Translations under genes and position numbers: made by a program | In this document: in pieces, positions 39,667-50,300 of the stretch | Position numbering within the stretch: position 1 is the stretch's first letter | Layout of the letters: every line of letters begins with the position of its first letter | The notes under the pieces: model-generated | Database searches by the model: none | What the model was told of the DNA's origin: nothing | What the model saw: the letters and a program-made list of their open reading frames with translations, nothing else | Source: an uncultured Acidimicrobiales bacterium | GTDB lineage: Bacteria; Actinomycetota; Acidimicrobiia; Acidimicrobiales; UBA10347 | Assembly (NCBI GenBank): GCA_943788915.1 | Contig: CALSSD010000003.1 | Span: forward strand, 446,663 to 510,662 | DNA: 64,000 nt | Direction of reading: 5' to 3'

Positions 39667-41321
39667 TTAGCGACGTTCAACCAGTTGGCCGTGTTCGACG
39701 TGCCAGTGACGATTGGTGGTCACTGCTTCGAGCAGGCGCCGGTCGTGGGTTACGAGCAGAACGGTATGGGGGAAAGCCTGGAGCGCTGCTTCGAGTTGCT
39801 CTATTGCCGGGAGGTCGAGATGGTTGGTCGGTTCATCTAACACCCGCACGTTGGACCCCCGAACTGCGAACAAACCGAGCGCGGCGCGTGTCTGTTCGCC
39901 AGGTGAAAGGTCAGCAACCGGCCGGTCGATTCGCTGGGTATCCAGTCCGAGCTTTGCCAGCTGACTTCGGGCAACCTGATCGTCGCAACCGACCACATCA
40001 GTGAATCCTCGCAGCAGCGATGGAGCGTCAGCGAACAGTTTGCGTTGCTGGCGAAGGGTGGACACCTGCACTGAGCGGCCCAGCTGGACTGAGCCGGAAT
40101 CGAGTTCGACCTCGCCGAAGAGTGCCCGGAGCAGGGTGGTCTTGCCCAAGCCGTTCTCGCCGGTAATCATGATGCGATCGCCCGCAGTCACAGCAACGTC
40201 CACGGGCCCGAGCGTGAACTCACCTAGCCGTACGGTCGCTGCGTGCAGCGCTGCAACATCGGTTCCTGAACGCTCAGCCGTAGCGAAATCGAGGTGCAGT
40301 TCCCACGGCTCCCACGGCGCTTCGACTCGTTCGTTACGTTCGAGTCGTTCGAGTGCCCGTTCGGTTTGTTTCGCTTTGCCAGCAACCTTCTCGCTGGTAG
40401 CGATCCGGTGCGCTTTGATGTTCTTGTCCGGTTCGGACTTGTCTGTCTTGGCCTTGCGCACACCAGCGGCGACCACTGCTGCTGGGTCTGGGCCCTCGCC
40501 TGTAGCTGCGGCCGTTTCGTGTTGAATTCGTCGTACGCGTCATAGTGCTGCTGACGGGCTACGTCGCGGGCGTGTTGCCATGCTTCGAAACCACCGTTGA
40601 AGCGCTTGCCGGTGTGTGCGTGGTCCTCGAGTTCGTAGACCGACGTGATTACCCGCTCCAAGAACGTTCGATCATGGCTCACCACCGCTATGGCTCGCTC
40701 CTGGCTGACCAACATGGACTCCAGTAGGTCGAGACCCGCCTGGTCGAGATCATTGGTTGGTTCGTCGAGCAAGAGCACGTCGAAGCTTGCGAGCAACATG
40801 GCCGCCAGGTTGACCTTGGTGCGCTGGCCTCCTGAGAGCTCGGCGACTTTATCGGTGAGTTCGACGCCCTGAAGCCCGACCTCGTCCATGGCCTGCCCAG
40901 TGCGAGCGTCGAACGATGAAGCGTCGGTAGCGAGATATCGAGATAATGCCGTGTCGTAGCGCTCGTCCGAGCCTGCCGCTCCCTCGGCAACGTCGACCAG
41001 CGAGGCTTCAAACTCTGCCAGCACAGCACCGACACCCGTCGAACGACTGATGAACGCTCCGACAGTTTCATCGGGCTGATCGTCGAGTTGCTGGCGCATG
41101 AGCCCGACGGTGGCTGCGCTGGGATTAGCGGCGACAGTTCCAAGCTCCGGGTCAAGCTCAGCGGCGAGTAGCCGTAACAGCGTCGACTTGCCGGTGCCGT
41201 TCGGACCCACAATGCCCACACGGTCACCCGGGGCGAGGCTCAACGAGATGTCGCGCAGTATGGAACGTGGGCCATACGAGAACGCCAGGCCAGAAGCCAC
41301 GAGTTGGGCGTGTGCATGCAT
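39667..41321 (-). pseudogene. ABC-F family ATP-binding protein with one frameshift near 40470 (pseudogene or assembly error)
   Basis: Two ABC domains (GPNGTGKST/LSGGQ/LDEPTN and GENGLGKTT/LSPGE/LDEPTNHLD), no TM segments; the frames switch in the linker at QQQWS|AAGVRKA. Confidence 0.85.
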
Positions 41322-41531
41322 ATGAAGGAGACCTTTCGGGCCAGCCACGATTGCGGCTGCACCATCGACGACGAGGACAGGTCTCAGTTCTTCGCGCCGT
41401 GAACACTAACTCGCTCGCGTACCTGACGCCACCGATAACCGGGCACTCGACCCGGTTCGACCATCGACATGGGAACACACAAGCAGGGTTTCGGCGAGGA
41501 ACGAGTGGCAAGCCGGACTACCAGGACTACC

Positions 41532-42576
41532 TGTTCTATTCGGGGTGGTTGGTGACGGCTGTGATTGGTGTGCCGTTGATGGCGGTGTGGTGTCGGTGAT
41601 AGTTGTAGCCGTGGAGCCATCCGTCAAGGCTGTTGGCGCGTTGTTGGTCTGAGGTCCAGACTTTGGCGTAGGCCCATTCTTCGACGAGGGTTCGGTTGAA
41701 GCGTTCGACTTTGCCGTTTGTGGCGGGGTGGTAGGGCTTGGTTCGGGTGTGTTTGATGCCGAGTTCGGCGCAGGTGTCGGCCCAGTCGTAGCTGCGGTAG
41801 CCGTTGCCGTTGTCTGTGAGTATTCGTTCGATGGTGATGTCGTGGTGGGTGTTGAACCAGTGGTTGGCTCGACGGAGGAACGCAATGCAATTGGCTTTGT
41901 TCTCGACGCCAGCGAACTCGGAATACGCGAGCCGCGAATAGGCATCTATGGCGGTGTGGATGTGGCCGTAGCCGGCCCTTTGTCGGCTGCGTTGTTTAGC
42001 TTGGGTGGTGCGCCCGAGTTTGCGTTGCCCGCCGCCCAGCGGGATTCTGGCAAGCTTTTTGACGTCGATGTGCACGAGTTCGCCGGGCCGGTCGGTGTGA
42101 ATGCGTCGAATCTTGCGGCCGGTTGGCCGGTCAATCCATCGCAGCTGGTTCAGCCCGTTGCGGACCAGCACGGCATGCACGGTGGTTGAGGCCAACCCGA
42201 GTTCACCGGCCAGGCGTGCTGGGCCTAACCGGCGCTTTCGACGCAGTTTGATGATCTTGCGTTCCACCCGTCGCGACGTCTGATGAGGGCAGTGATGCGG
42301 TCTTGAGCTGCGATCGGCTAAGCCAACTTCGCCCTCGCGTTGGTAGCGGTTCCACCACTTCGACGCGCACTGTCTGGAGATACACATCGACTCAGCTGCC
42401 GCAGTGATCGACCAGCCACTCTCTATACGGCTAACGAGTCGGCGACGACCTTCCAAGGTCAAAGGGGCATTACGGTGCATGACGAGCCTCCGTGCGTTTG
42501 TGTGATGTAAGCAATCACCACAATCGCCTCGGAGGCTCACCCATTCAAATCGTCAACAACGTCCCCGGCTATTACA
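41532..42576 (-). mobile_element. IS481 family insertion sequence
   Basis: Imperfect 25-bp terminal IRs starting TGT and ending TGAC; 6-bp direct repeat ACTACC at 41526-41531 and 42577-42582. Confidence 0.92.
41536..42480 (-). CDS. IS481 transposase (DDE)
   Basis: MHRNAPLT.EGR, PGELVHIDVKK, IDAYSR, TDNG, TNGKVERFN, YNYHR.H. Confidence 0.95.
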   Translation of the reverse strand: MHRNAPLTLEGRRRLVSRIESGWSITAAAESMCISRQCASKWWNRYQREGEVGLADRSSRPHHCPHQTSRRVERKIIKLRRKRRLGPARLAGELGLASTTVHAVLVRNGLNQLRWIDRPTGRKIRRIHTDRPGELVHIDVKKLARIPLGGGQRKLGRTTQAKQRSRQRAGYGHIHTAIDAYSRLAYSEFAGVENKANCIAFLRRANHWFNTHHDITIERILTDNGNGYRSYDWADTCAELGIKHTRTKPYHPATNGKVERFNRTLVEEWAYAKVWTSDQQRANSLDGWLHGYNYHRHHTAINGTPITAVTNHPE

Positions 42577-42577
42577 A

Positions 42578-43804
42578 CTACCCCGAGATGCGAACCTCGC
42601 TGAACGGGACGCCCTTGTCGACCTCGGGTTCCTTCGGTAGTCCCAGGATGCGTTCGCCGATGATGTTGCGCTGGATCTGATCGGTGCCCCCGCCAATCGA
42701 GGTGAAGAAGGCATTCAACATCGCATAGGTCGCATCGGCTCCGTCGGGGTGGTCCTCGCCACCGAGCATCGCTTCGCTACCAAGGATCTCCGCCTGCAGG
42801 CTCCCACCGAAGTGCAACATGCGCGACATCGCCAGCTTGCCGAGTGAGACCACCGGCGATGACGTGCCTTTCGATAGCGCTGCCTTGCCCCGCTGGTTAT
42901 TCCATGCGTTAACTGTTCGCCATGAATGCAGCCGCATGAGATCTTGGCGAATGCCAGAGTCTCCGACCACGCCTCGTTCAGTGGCAAGTTCAATCAGTGA
43001 CAAATCGGGCACCGGAGCCGACTTCTCGCTCGTGAGATCGCGCACCACTTCGGCCGACTGCTTCTTGCGCTTTTGGGTAACGCCCATCACCGAACGTTCA
43101 TAGGCCAACGCAGATGTCAGCACATGCCAACCGCCATTGAGGTCGCCCAACATGTTGGCGTCGGCAACCCGAGCATCGGTCAGGAAGACCTCGTTGAAAC
43201 GTGAATCCCCGGTGGCTTGTCGCAGCGGTCGCACCTCGACGCCAGGCTGTTTCATGGGTATGAGGAAGAACGTCATGCCGCGGTGCTTCGGCTGTGACGA
43301 GTCGGTGCGGCTAATCAGGAAGCCGTAGTCGGCTTGACGACCGCTCGAGGTCCATACCTTCTGGCCGTTGACAATCCACTCATCGCCGTCACGTTCGGCA
43401 CGGGTCTGCACCGATGCCAAGTCGCTTCCTGCACCCGGCTCGCTGTAAAGCAAACACATGTCGACCTCGCCCAGCAGCAGATCTCGCAGCATCTCTTGCT
43501 TGAGCTCTGGACGCGCCCATGTGGTGATGGTCGCGGCCCACAGGTTCGTGACGTCTTGTCCCCAGCCGGTCAGGTCAGTTGGTCGGAAGACCTGGTCGGT
43601 GGCTCGGGCAACCTTGGGGGCCAGGCCGCGCCCGTATTCCTCGACTGGCCAGCTCGGTGCTGACCAGCCTGAGTCAACGAGTTCGCGAAGCCAGGCCTTG
43701 CGGTCGGTGTCGGAGGTGACCGGGTGGGCTTCGAGCCATGACTGAGCTTCAGCAATCGCAGCGGCGGCAGCCTGGTCGAAGGAATCGTCTGGTGCACTTG
43801 CCAT
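42578..43804 (-). CDS. Acyl-CoA dehydrogenase family protein
   Basis: YSEPGAGSDLA, VNGQKVWTS, FNEVFL, IGGGTDQIQRNIIGERILGLP. Confidence 0.92.
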   Translation of the reverse strand: MASAPDDSFDQAAAAAIAEAQSWLEAHPVTSDTDRKAWLRELVDSGWSAPSWPVEEYGRGLAPKVARATDQVFRPTDLTGWGQDVTNLWAATITTWARPELKQEMLRDLLLGEVDMCLLYSEPGAGSDLASVQTRAERDGDEWIVNGQKVWTSSGRQADYGFLISRTDSSQPKHRGMTFFLIPMKQPGVEVRPLRQATGDSRFNEVFLTDARVADANMLGDLNGGWHVLTSALAYERSVMGVTQKRKKQSAEVVRDLTSEKSAPVPDLSLIELATERGVVGDSGIRQDLMRLHSWRTVNAWNNQRGKAALSKGTSSPVVSLGKLAMSRMLHFGGSLQAEILGSEAMLGGEDHPDGADATYAMLNAFFTSIGGGTDQIQRNIIGERILGLPKEPEVDKGVPFSEVRISG

Positions 43805-43882
43805 GACGCCATACTCTCAGCAGATACCTACATCGGCAAAAACTGGCCGCCCACAAGCCAGAAACGAGACAAGCGGTCATCT

Positions 43883-43917
43883 GGGGTCTGACCCCCCGTC
43901 ACCGAGGGTCTGACCCC
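43883..43917. repeat. Two short GGGTCTGACCC palindromes (REP-like)
   Basis: GGGGTCTGACCCC at 43883-43895 and GGGTCTGACCC at 43906-43916 in an intergenic region. Confidence 0.5.
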
Positions 43918-44245
43918 GCGTGACCAAATGGGCACGTAGGAGAGCACCCCGTCTACACAGAAACGGATCATGCAATCCGAACTACCGGTGTTAGGCGAAC
44001 GAAGGTATGTCAGCACTGGTGGCGGCAACGAAGAAGTCGGCTGTGTATTTGGGCAGTTCACGTGGGGTAAACGTTGACAGGTCCCCCGGGTCGGTCTCTG
44101 AGCCCAAAATCGCTGTATACGCACCCCTAAGCGAACAACTGTCGGCGTCGAATCACCCGAGCGTTCGGCTCCGATGACCGGCCGATTGGGTGTCGGCCGG
44201 AATCGCTGGTCTACCGTTGTGTCCACCAACGTCCTTTGGGGAGAC

Positions 44246-45406
44246 ATGGCCTACACAAATAGTCGCACCTATCTCGATGCAGACAGCCACATCATGGAGC
44301 TACCCGACTTCCTGACCAGTAATGCTCCGGCGAGCCAGCTGGCGCTCGTGCCGAGAGTGCCGGTCGAAGGCGGCGCCCGATCGGCCGATGGTTTCCAGCT
44401 TGCATTAGAAACACGGGCCCAACCAGCCGACAAGGTCGATGAGATGGTGGCGCTGGGCGATCAGTTGATCGCCGGCCCCAAGGGTTACTTTGCTCTCGGC
44501 GCCTTTAACAAGAGCGAACGGACGCAGGCCCTGAACCAGCTCGGCTTTCATCGCCAACTGGTCTTCAGCACATTTGCTGCACCCATGTGTTTCAACGCCG
44601 CATCCAACGAAGCCAGGTATGCATCGGCCGCAGCGCACAACCGTGGCATCGCCGAGTTCTGCGCCGATGATGATCGGCTCATGGGCGTTGGCGCGCTGCC
44701 TCTCGACGACCCGGCCCAAGCCATCGTTGAGCTTGAACACATGATCACACTTGGCTTGGCCACCGCGTGGGTCCCGCATCGACCGTGCGGCGGCCGGTCC
44801 CCTGGCCACAACGATCTTGATCCGATCTGGGCCCGTCTCGCCGAAGCTGGCATTCCGTTCGTGCTCCATGTTGGCGGACAGCCGCTGCAGATTCATCCAG
44901 ACTGGATGAACACCGGTCGTGAGGTGCCGACCGATTGGCTCGGCGGCGGGGAAAACGTGCGATCGAAAGACATGACCTCGCTGCATCACGACGCCGAGAC
45001 ATTCCTTGGCACCATGTTGCTCGATGGCGTGTTCGAGCGTCATCCAAACCTTCGTGGCGCTGCGGTCGAGCTTGGTGCCGGATGGGTGCCCAGCTTCCTT
45101 CGCCGACTCGATTGGAGTGCGGACATCTGGCGCAAGTCCGAACCCGAGCTACAGAACCTGATCCGGAAACCTAGCGAGCAGCTGACCACGCAGATGGCGT
45201 TCACGCCGTTTGTGTATGAAGACGTCGGCAGCCTGGTCAACGAGTCGAACGACGAGCTCTATCTGTTCTCTAGCGACTACCCGCACCACGAAGGTGGCCG
45301 AAACCCGCTGGGGCGTTTCGAAGCTTCACTCGACGGCCACACCGCCGCCACACTCAACCGTTTCTACGCCGACAACTTCAGCCGAGTATTTGGGAGCCAG
45401 CAATGA
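44246..45406 (+). CDS. Amidohydrolase_2 family protein
   Basis: LDADSHIME, LHVG, ELGAGW, FSSDYPHHEGGRNP. Confidence 0.9.
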   Translation: MAYTNSRTYLDADSHIMELPDFLTSNAPASQLALVPRVPVEGGARSADGFQLALETRAQPADKVDEMVALGDQLIAGPKGYFALGAFNKSERTQALNQLGFHRQLVFSTFAAPMCFNAASNEARYASAAAHNRGIAEFCADDDRLMGVGALPLDDPAQAIVELEHMITLGLATAWVPHRPCGGRSPGHNDLDPIWARLAEAGIPFVLHVGGQPLQIHPDWMNTGREVPTDWLGGGENVRSKDMTSLHHDAETFLGTMLLDGVFERHPNLRGAAVELGAGWVPSFLRRLDWSADIWRKSEPELQNLIRKPSEQLTTQMAFTPFVYEDVGSLVNESNDELYLFSSDYPHHEGGRNPLGRFEASLDGHTAATLNRFYADNFSRVFGSQQ

Positions 45407-46269
45407 CAGCAACAAGTACGGGTGTCGTGTTGGACACTCGCCCTATGACCGGCAGCTTCGGCGCCGACATCCACGGCCTCGATCTGAGCCAGGCGCTCGA
45501 CGGCGCCACCACCGCTGCTATCGAAGCAGCCTTCGCCGATCACTCGGTGCTTGCGTTCCGGGACCAGCAACTGACGGTCGATCAGCTCGAGGCCTTCGCC
45601 CTGCAATTTGGCAGTTTCGGCGACACGCCATTCATCACTCCTCTCGACGACCACCCAAACGTGCTCGCTGTCGTCCGGGAAGCCGACGAAGCGGGCGCCT
45701 TGTTCGGCGGTTCATGGCACAGCGACTGGAGCTTCCAACACGCACCTCCGTCGGCAACCATCCTGTACGGCCACGAGGTTCCACCTGCGGGCGGTGACAC
45801 CGTGTTCACCAACCAATACCTGGCCTATGAGACGCTCTCGGATGGCATGAAACGCATGCTCGACGGTCTCAACGCCATCCATTCCGCACAACGTTCCTAT
45901 GGACCGCAGGGAGTCTTCGGTCGGCCCGACCCGAAGGCAGCGATGCATATTCAGGGCGGCGAAGAGGCACTGGCCAGGCAAACGCACCCGATCGTGCGCA
46001 CCCATCCGGTGACGGGCCGCAAGTTGCTGTTCATCAACGACGTCTACACCATCGGTATCGAAGACATGAATGGCCCTGAGAGCAAAGCGCTGCTCGGGTA
46101 TCTGCTCGAGCACTCCAAACAGGTCAGTTTTTTGTGCCGAGTCCGGTGGCAACCAGGCACGCTCACCATGTGGGACAACCGTTGCGTGCAACATCATGCC
46201 ATCAATGACTATCCCGGTCAGCGTCGGGAGATGTACCGCGTCACGCTTGCAGGCGAAGTACCGGTCTGA
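45403..46269 (+). CDS. TauD/TfdA family 2-oxoglutarate dioxygenase
   Basis: WHSD, GGDT.F, HPIVRTHP.TGRK, WDNRCVQH. Confidence 0.92.
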   Translation: MTATSTGVVLDTRPMTGSFGADIHGLDLSQALDGATTAAIEAAFADHSVLAFRDQQLTVDQLEAFALQFGSFGDTPFITPLDDHPNVLAVVREADEAGALFGGSWHSDWSFQHAPPSATILYGHEVPPAGGDTVFTNQYLAYETLSDGMKRMLDGLNAIHSAQRSYGPQGVFGRPDPKAAMHIQGGEEALARQTHPIVRTHPVTGRKLLFINDVYTIGIEDMNGPESKALLGYLLEHSKQVSFLCRVRWQPGTLTMWDNRCVQHHAINDYPGQRREMYRVTLAGEVPV

Positions 46270-46424
46270 CCACTGGTCGGCCACTGGTCGGCCACGAAAT
46301 CACCACGCCCGAGGCGATTGGGCTCGAACGCGTCGTGCTCAGTGCCAGTGAACAATCCCGTCGGTTCTACGCCTCGCCGGGCTCCGCCCCTGCATCCGAG
46401 CTTCTGCTAAGCCCCGCCTCTAGC

Positions 46425-46550
46425 TAAACATGACAGTGCCTGGCACCGTCATCTAAAGCAGCACCAACAAGGCGTGCGAGACACGAGCACTCACCTTGGA
46501 TAGCTAAACATGACGGTGCCTAACATGACGGTGCCTGGCACCGTCATGTT
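46425..46550. repeat. Cluster of RAYT-type REP palindromes (degenerate full copy, half-site, full copy)
   Basis: TAAACATGACAGTGCCTGGCACCGTCATC; TAAACATGACGGTGCCT; AACATGACGGTGCCTGGCACCGTCATGTT. Confidence 0.88.
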
Positions 46551-46684
46551 CCGCACACAGAGCTGGCTGGGAATGAGGTTCATGCTTCGATCCTTGCTTC
46601 AGACGCCCATGAACGAGGCGGCGATGTGCATCGTTTGCGGTTGACGACGACCAACGCTAAGGTGTCGCCCTCATTCGGTCGGTG

Positions 46685-47164
46685 TCAGGCTTCTGAACGC
46701 ACCGGCGAAACAACATGGCGACGGCGGCGTTCGAACAGTAACGACGACCGTTCGTCGAAGACCTCGGGGAAACTGCTGATTTCGTTCAAGACGATTGTCT
46801 GCAGCACTGTCGCATCGGGAACCGCCAGATGGATGACGACGTCCTCGACGCCCGAGATCAGATCGATACCCATCGTCTCGGGCAACGACCACACATGGTC
46901 GATAAATCGATTCACGATCTCGTCGCTTTTGGGCTGCAACCGCACAAACACCAACGCTTGTAGACCACGGCCCAGAGCTGCCAGATCGACCTCGGCGTGG
47001 TATCCCGTGATGACACCGCTCTGTTCAAGTTCGCGGACACGATTGAGTGTCGTGGACGGCGCCAAACCCACCGTGGCGGCCACTGCTCGATTCGTCTGGC
47101 GAGCGTCGCGTTGCAGTTCTTCGAGAACATGAGCGTCGACGGCATCGAGCTGAGGTGGCGTCAT
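46685..47164 (-). CDS. Lrp/AsnC family transcriptional regulator
   Basis: LDAVD..VL.ELQRDAR, VGLAPST.LNRVRELE..GVITGY; divergent from the ior gene. Confidence 0.92.
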   Translation of the reverse strand: MTPPQLDAVDAHVLEELQRDARQTNRAVAATVGLAPSTTLNRVRELEQSGVITGYHAEVDLAALGRGLQALVFVRLQPKSDEIVNRFIDHVWSLPETMGIDLISGVEDVVIHLAVPDATVLQTIVLNEISSFPEVFDERSSLLFERRRRHVVSPVRSEA

Positions 47165-47313
47165 TTGTTCACGTTCCTTCCGACTCAGCTGGCATTTACC
47201 GAACAAATCTATCCTAAAACACTACTAGACCGAACGTTGTATGACTGCTGCGCACAACAGATGAACATAGGTAAAGATTGGGGCCTGATTCGCTGCGAAT
47301 TGAAGGATCTGCC

Positions 47314-50300
47314 ATGACAGCCACCTCGCATTACCAGCTCAACGACCGATACCAGGCCGACGAAGGCACGGTGTTCCTGACCGGCATTCAGGCCCTCGCT
47401 CGGCTGCCTTTGGAACAGCTGCGGGCTGATCGGCGAGCCGGTCTCGATACCGCTGCCTTCGTGTCGGGCTACCAGGGTTCGCCACTTGGTGGTTACGGCC
47501 AAGCGGTCGAAGCTGCCGCCCGCATCGCAACCGACCTGCCGATCGTCTTCCGCCAGGGCATGAACGAGGAATACGGTGCCACCGCGGTCATGGGATCGCA
47601 GCTTGCGTCGGCCCAGCCCGATGCCCGCCACGATGGCGTCGTCGGCATTTGGTACGGCAAAGCGCCGGGTGTCGACCGAGCCGCTGATGCCCTACGACAT
47701 GCCGTCTATGCCGGCACGTCGATGTACGGCGGGGCCATAGCGCTGGTAGGCGACGATCCGAATGCCAAGTCGTCCACGGTGCCATCGTCCTCGGCTGGTT
47801 TGTTGTACGACATGCACATGCCGTTGTTGTATCCCGGTGATCCTGCCGAAGCGCTCGATCTCGGCCGGCATGCCATCGCTATGTCACGGGCCACCGGCCT
47901 TTGGTCAGCAGTGAAGATCGTGGCCGACGTGGCCGACGCCTCGGCCAGCGTGGATCTCTCACCGGATCGGGTGCGGCCAATTATCCCATTGATCGATGGC
48001 CAGCCGTATCAGCACACGCCCTATGGCCAACTACTAACACCAATGACGGTCGAGATCGAACGCGAGATCGTCGAAGTCCGTTACGAACTCGCCCGCCGCT
48101 ACGCGACCGACAACCACCTCAACGTCGTGACCGTGGACCCGAGCGATGCATGGATTGGCATCGTCTCATCGGGCATCACCTACCGCGAAGTCCGAGAATC
48201 ACTCGCTCGGCTCGGGCTGCGCAACAACCACGACGTCGAGGCTGCCGGTATTCGACTGCTCAAGATGGGCATGCCGATGCCCTTCAACCCTCAGACCGTC
48301 CGCAACTTCTCCCGAGGGCTGACCGAGCTGGTCGTGGTCGAAGAGAAGTCACCAAACATCGAATCGCTGATCAAGGACGCACTGTACGCCGTGGCTGACC
48401 GCCCGGTGATCGTGGGCAAGACTGACGAAACCGGCGCCCGCATGCTTCCACTTTGGGGCGGTCTCGACGCAGACAACATCATGCCGGTACTGCGAGCACG
48501 CCTGGCACCACGCCTCGAAGAACGCCTTGCGCCTCTTCCCCGTGAACGGACCATGATCCCGCTCGCGGTCGAGCGTTCACCGTTCTTCTGTTCCGGCTGC
48601 CCCCACAACCGCAGCACCGAGGTGCCCGACGGGGCAGTCGTCGGCGCCGGTATTGGCTGCCACACCATGACCTTGCTCATGGATCCAGAACGAGTTGGCG
48701 ACATCGCCGGCCTGACCTGCATGGGTAACGAGGGCACCCAATGGATCGGCATGAGCGACTTCGTAGAGACCAACCACATCTTCCAGAACCTGGGCGATGG
48801 CACGTTCTTCCACTCGGGGCAGTTGGCCATCCAGGCCGCTATCGCGTCCGGCGTGAATATCACCTACAAGCTGCTGTGGAACGGCACGGTTGCTATGACC
48901 GGTGGCCAGGATCCCGAAGGGCAACTCCCGTTGCAATCGGTCATCGACATGTTGCTCGCACAAGGCGTGGCCCGAGTGCTCGTCACCACCGATGATGTCG
49001 ACCGCGACCGGGGCGATCTCGCAAAAGGTGTCGACGTTTGGGACCGCACTCGACTCATCGAAGCCCAGGAGTTGCTCGCGACCACGCCCGGCGTGACCGT
49101 ACTAATCCATGATCAAGCGTGTGCAGCCGAAGCTCGCAGGGACCGCAAGCGCGGCCTGATCGAGACGCCACCCGAGCGGGTCTTCATCAACCATCGGATC
49201 TGCGAAGGTTGCGGCGACTGCGGCCAGATCAGCAACTGTCTATCGGTGCAGCCGATAGAGACACCGTTCGGCCGCAAGACACATATCGATCAGACCACCT
49301 GCAACCTCGACTACAGCTGCATCGAAGGTGACTGCCCGTCTTTCATGACCGTGACCACCGACGAACCAGGCTGGTTGCAACGTTTCCTCGCCCGCCGATC
49401 AAAGCCGAGTGCAGCAGCAACAAACCTGTCGGCAACAGCCGCCGCTCCCCCGACACACTTCCCCACCCCGCAGCCACTGGTGCCGGTCAACAGCTTCTCG
49501 TTACGTATCACCGGCATCGGCGGGACCGGCGTGGTCACCGTGGCCCAGGTCCTGGGTACCGCAGCCATGCTTGCTGGCTACGAGGTACGAGGCCTCGACC
49601 AGATCGGACTGTCGCAGAAGGCCGGTCCCGTGGTCAGCGATCTACGTTTGTCGCTCGATACGCCGTCCTATACAAACCGACTTGGCGACCGCCAGGCTGA
49701 TCTGCTGCTGGCGTTCGACCAGCTCGTCGCAGCCAGCGAGAAGGGATTATCGGCATGTGACTCCGATCGCACGGTGGTGATTGGTTCCACATCGGGCACA
49801 CCAACCGGAGCGATGATCACCCATCCCGATATCGCCATGCCCACACCGGCAACACTCGCTGCAACGATTCGCAACCACACCACCGAGCACCACTTCTGGG
49901 CCGATGCTCAGTCAACGACCGAGGACCTACTTGGTTCGGCGATGGCCGCGAATATCTTCGTGATCGGCATGGCGGTGCAGTCAGGCGGTTTGCCGATTGG
50001 CGCTGACTTCATCGAACAGGCCATCGAACTCAACGGTGTGGCCGTGGCTGCGAATACTGCGGCCTTCCGGTTTGGCCGGTTGCAGGTCAGTGACCCATCA
50101 CAGGTCAACAACGCCCGAGTCGCAACCGAGGGCCTTCCCCTCCCAATCCCGCCCACCACGTTTGCCACCGAACTCGATTCGCTGGGTGCACAAGCTGAGC
50201 GGCGGGACCATCTCGCCATGCTCGCCACTGAGTTGGAAGCCTGGGGCGACCGCACCGATGCAACGCGGTGGTTCCAGGTTCTCGATCGTGTTCGTCGCTC

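Noticed and set aside
18745..46550. Recurring ~33-bp palindrome as a CRISPR repeat
   Set aside because: The copies are not regularly spaced with unique spacers, no cas genes are present, and they flank a RAYT gene.
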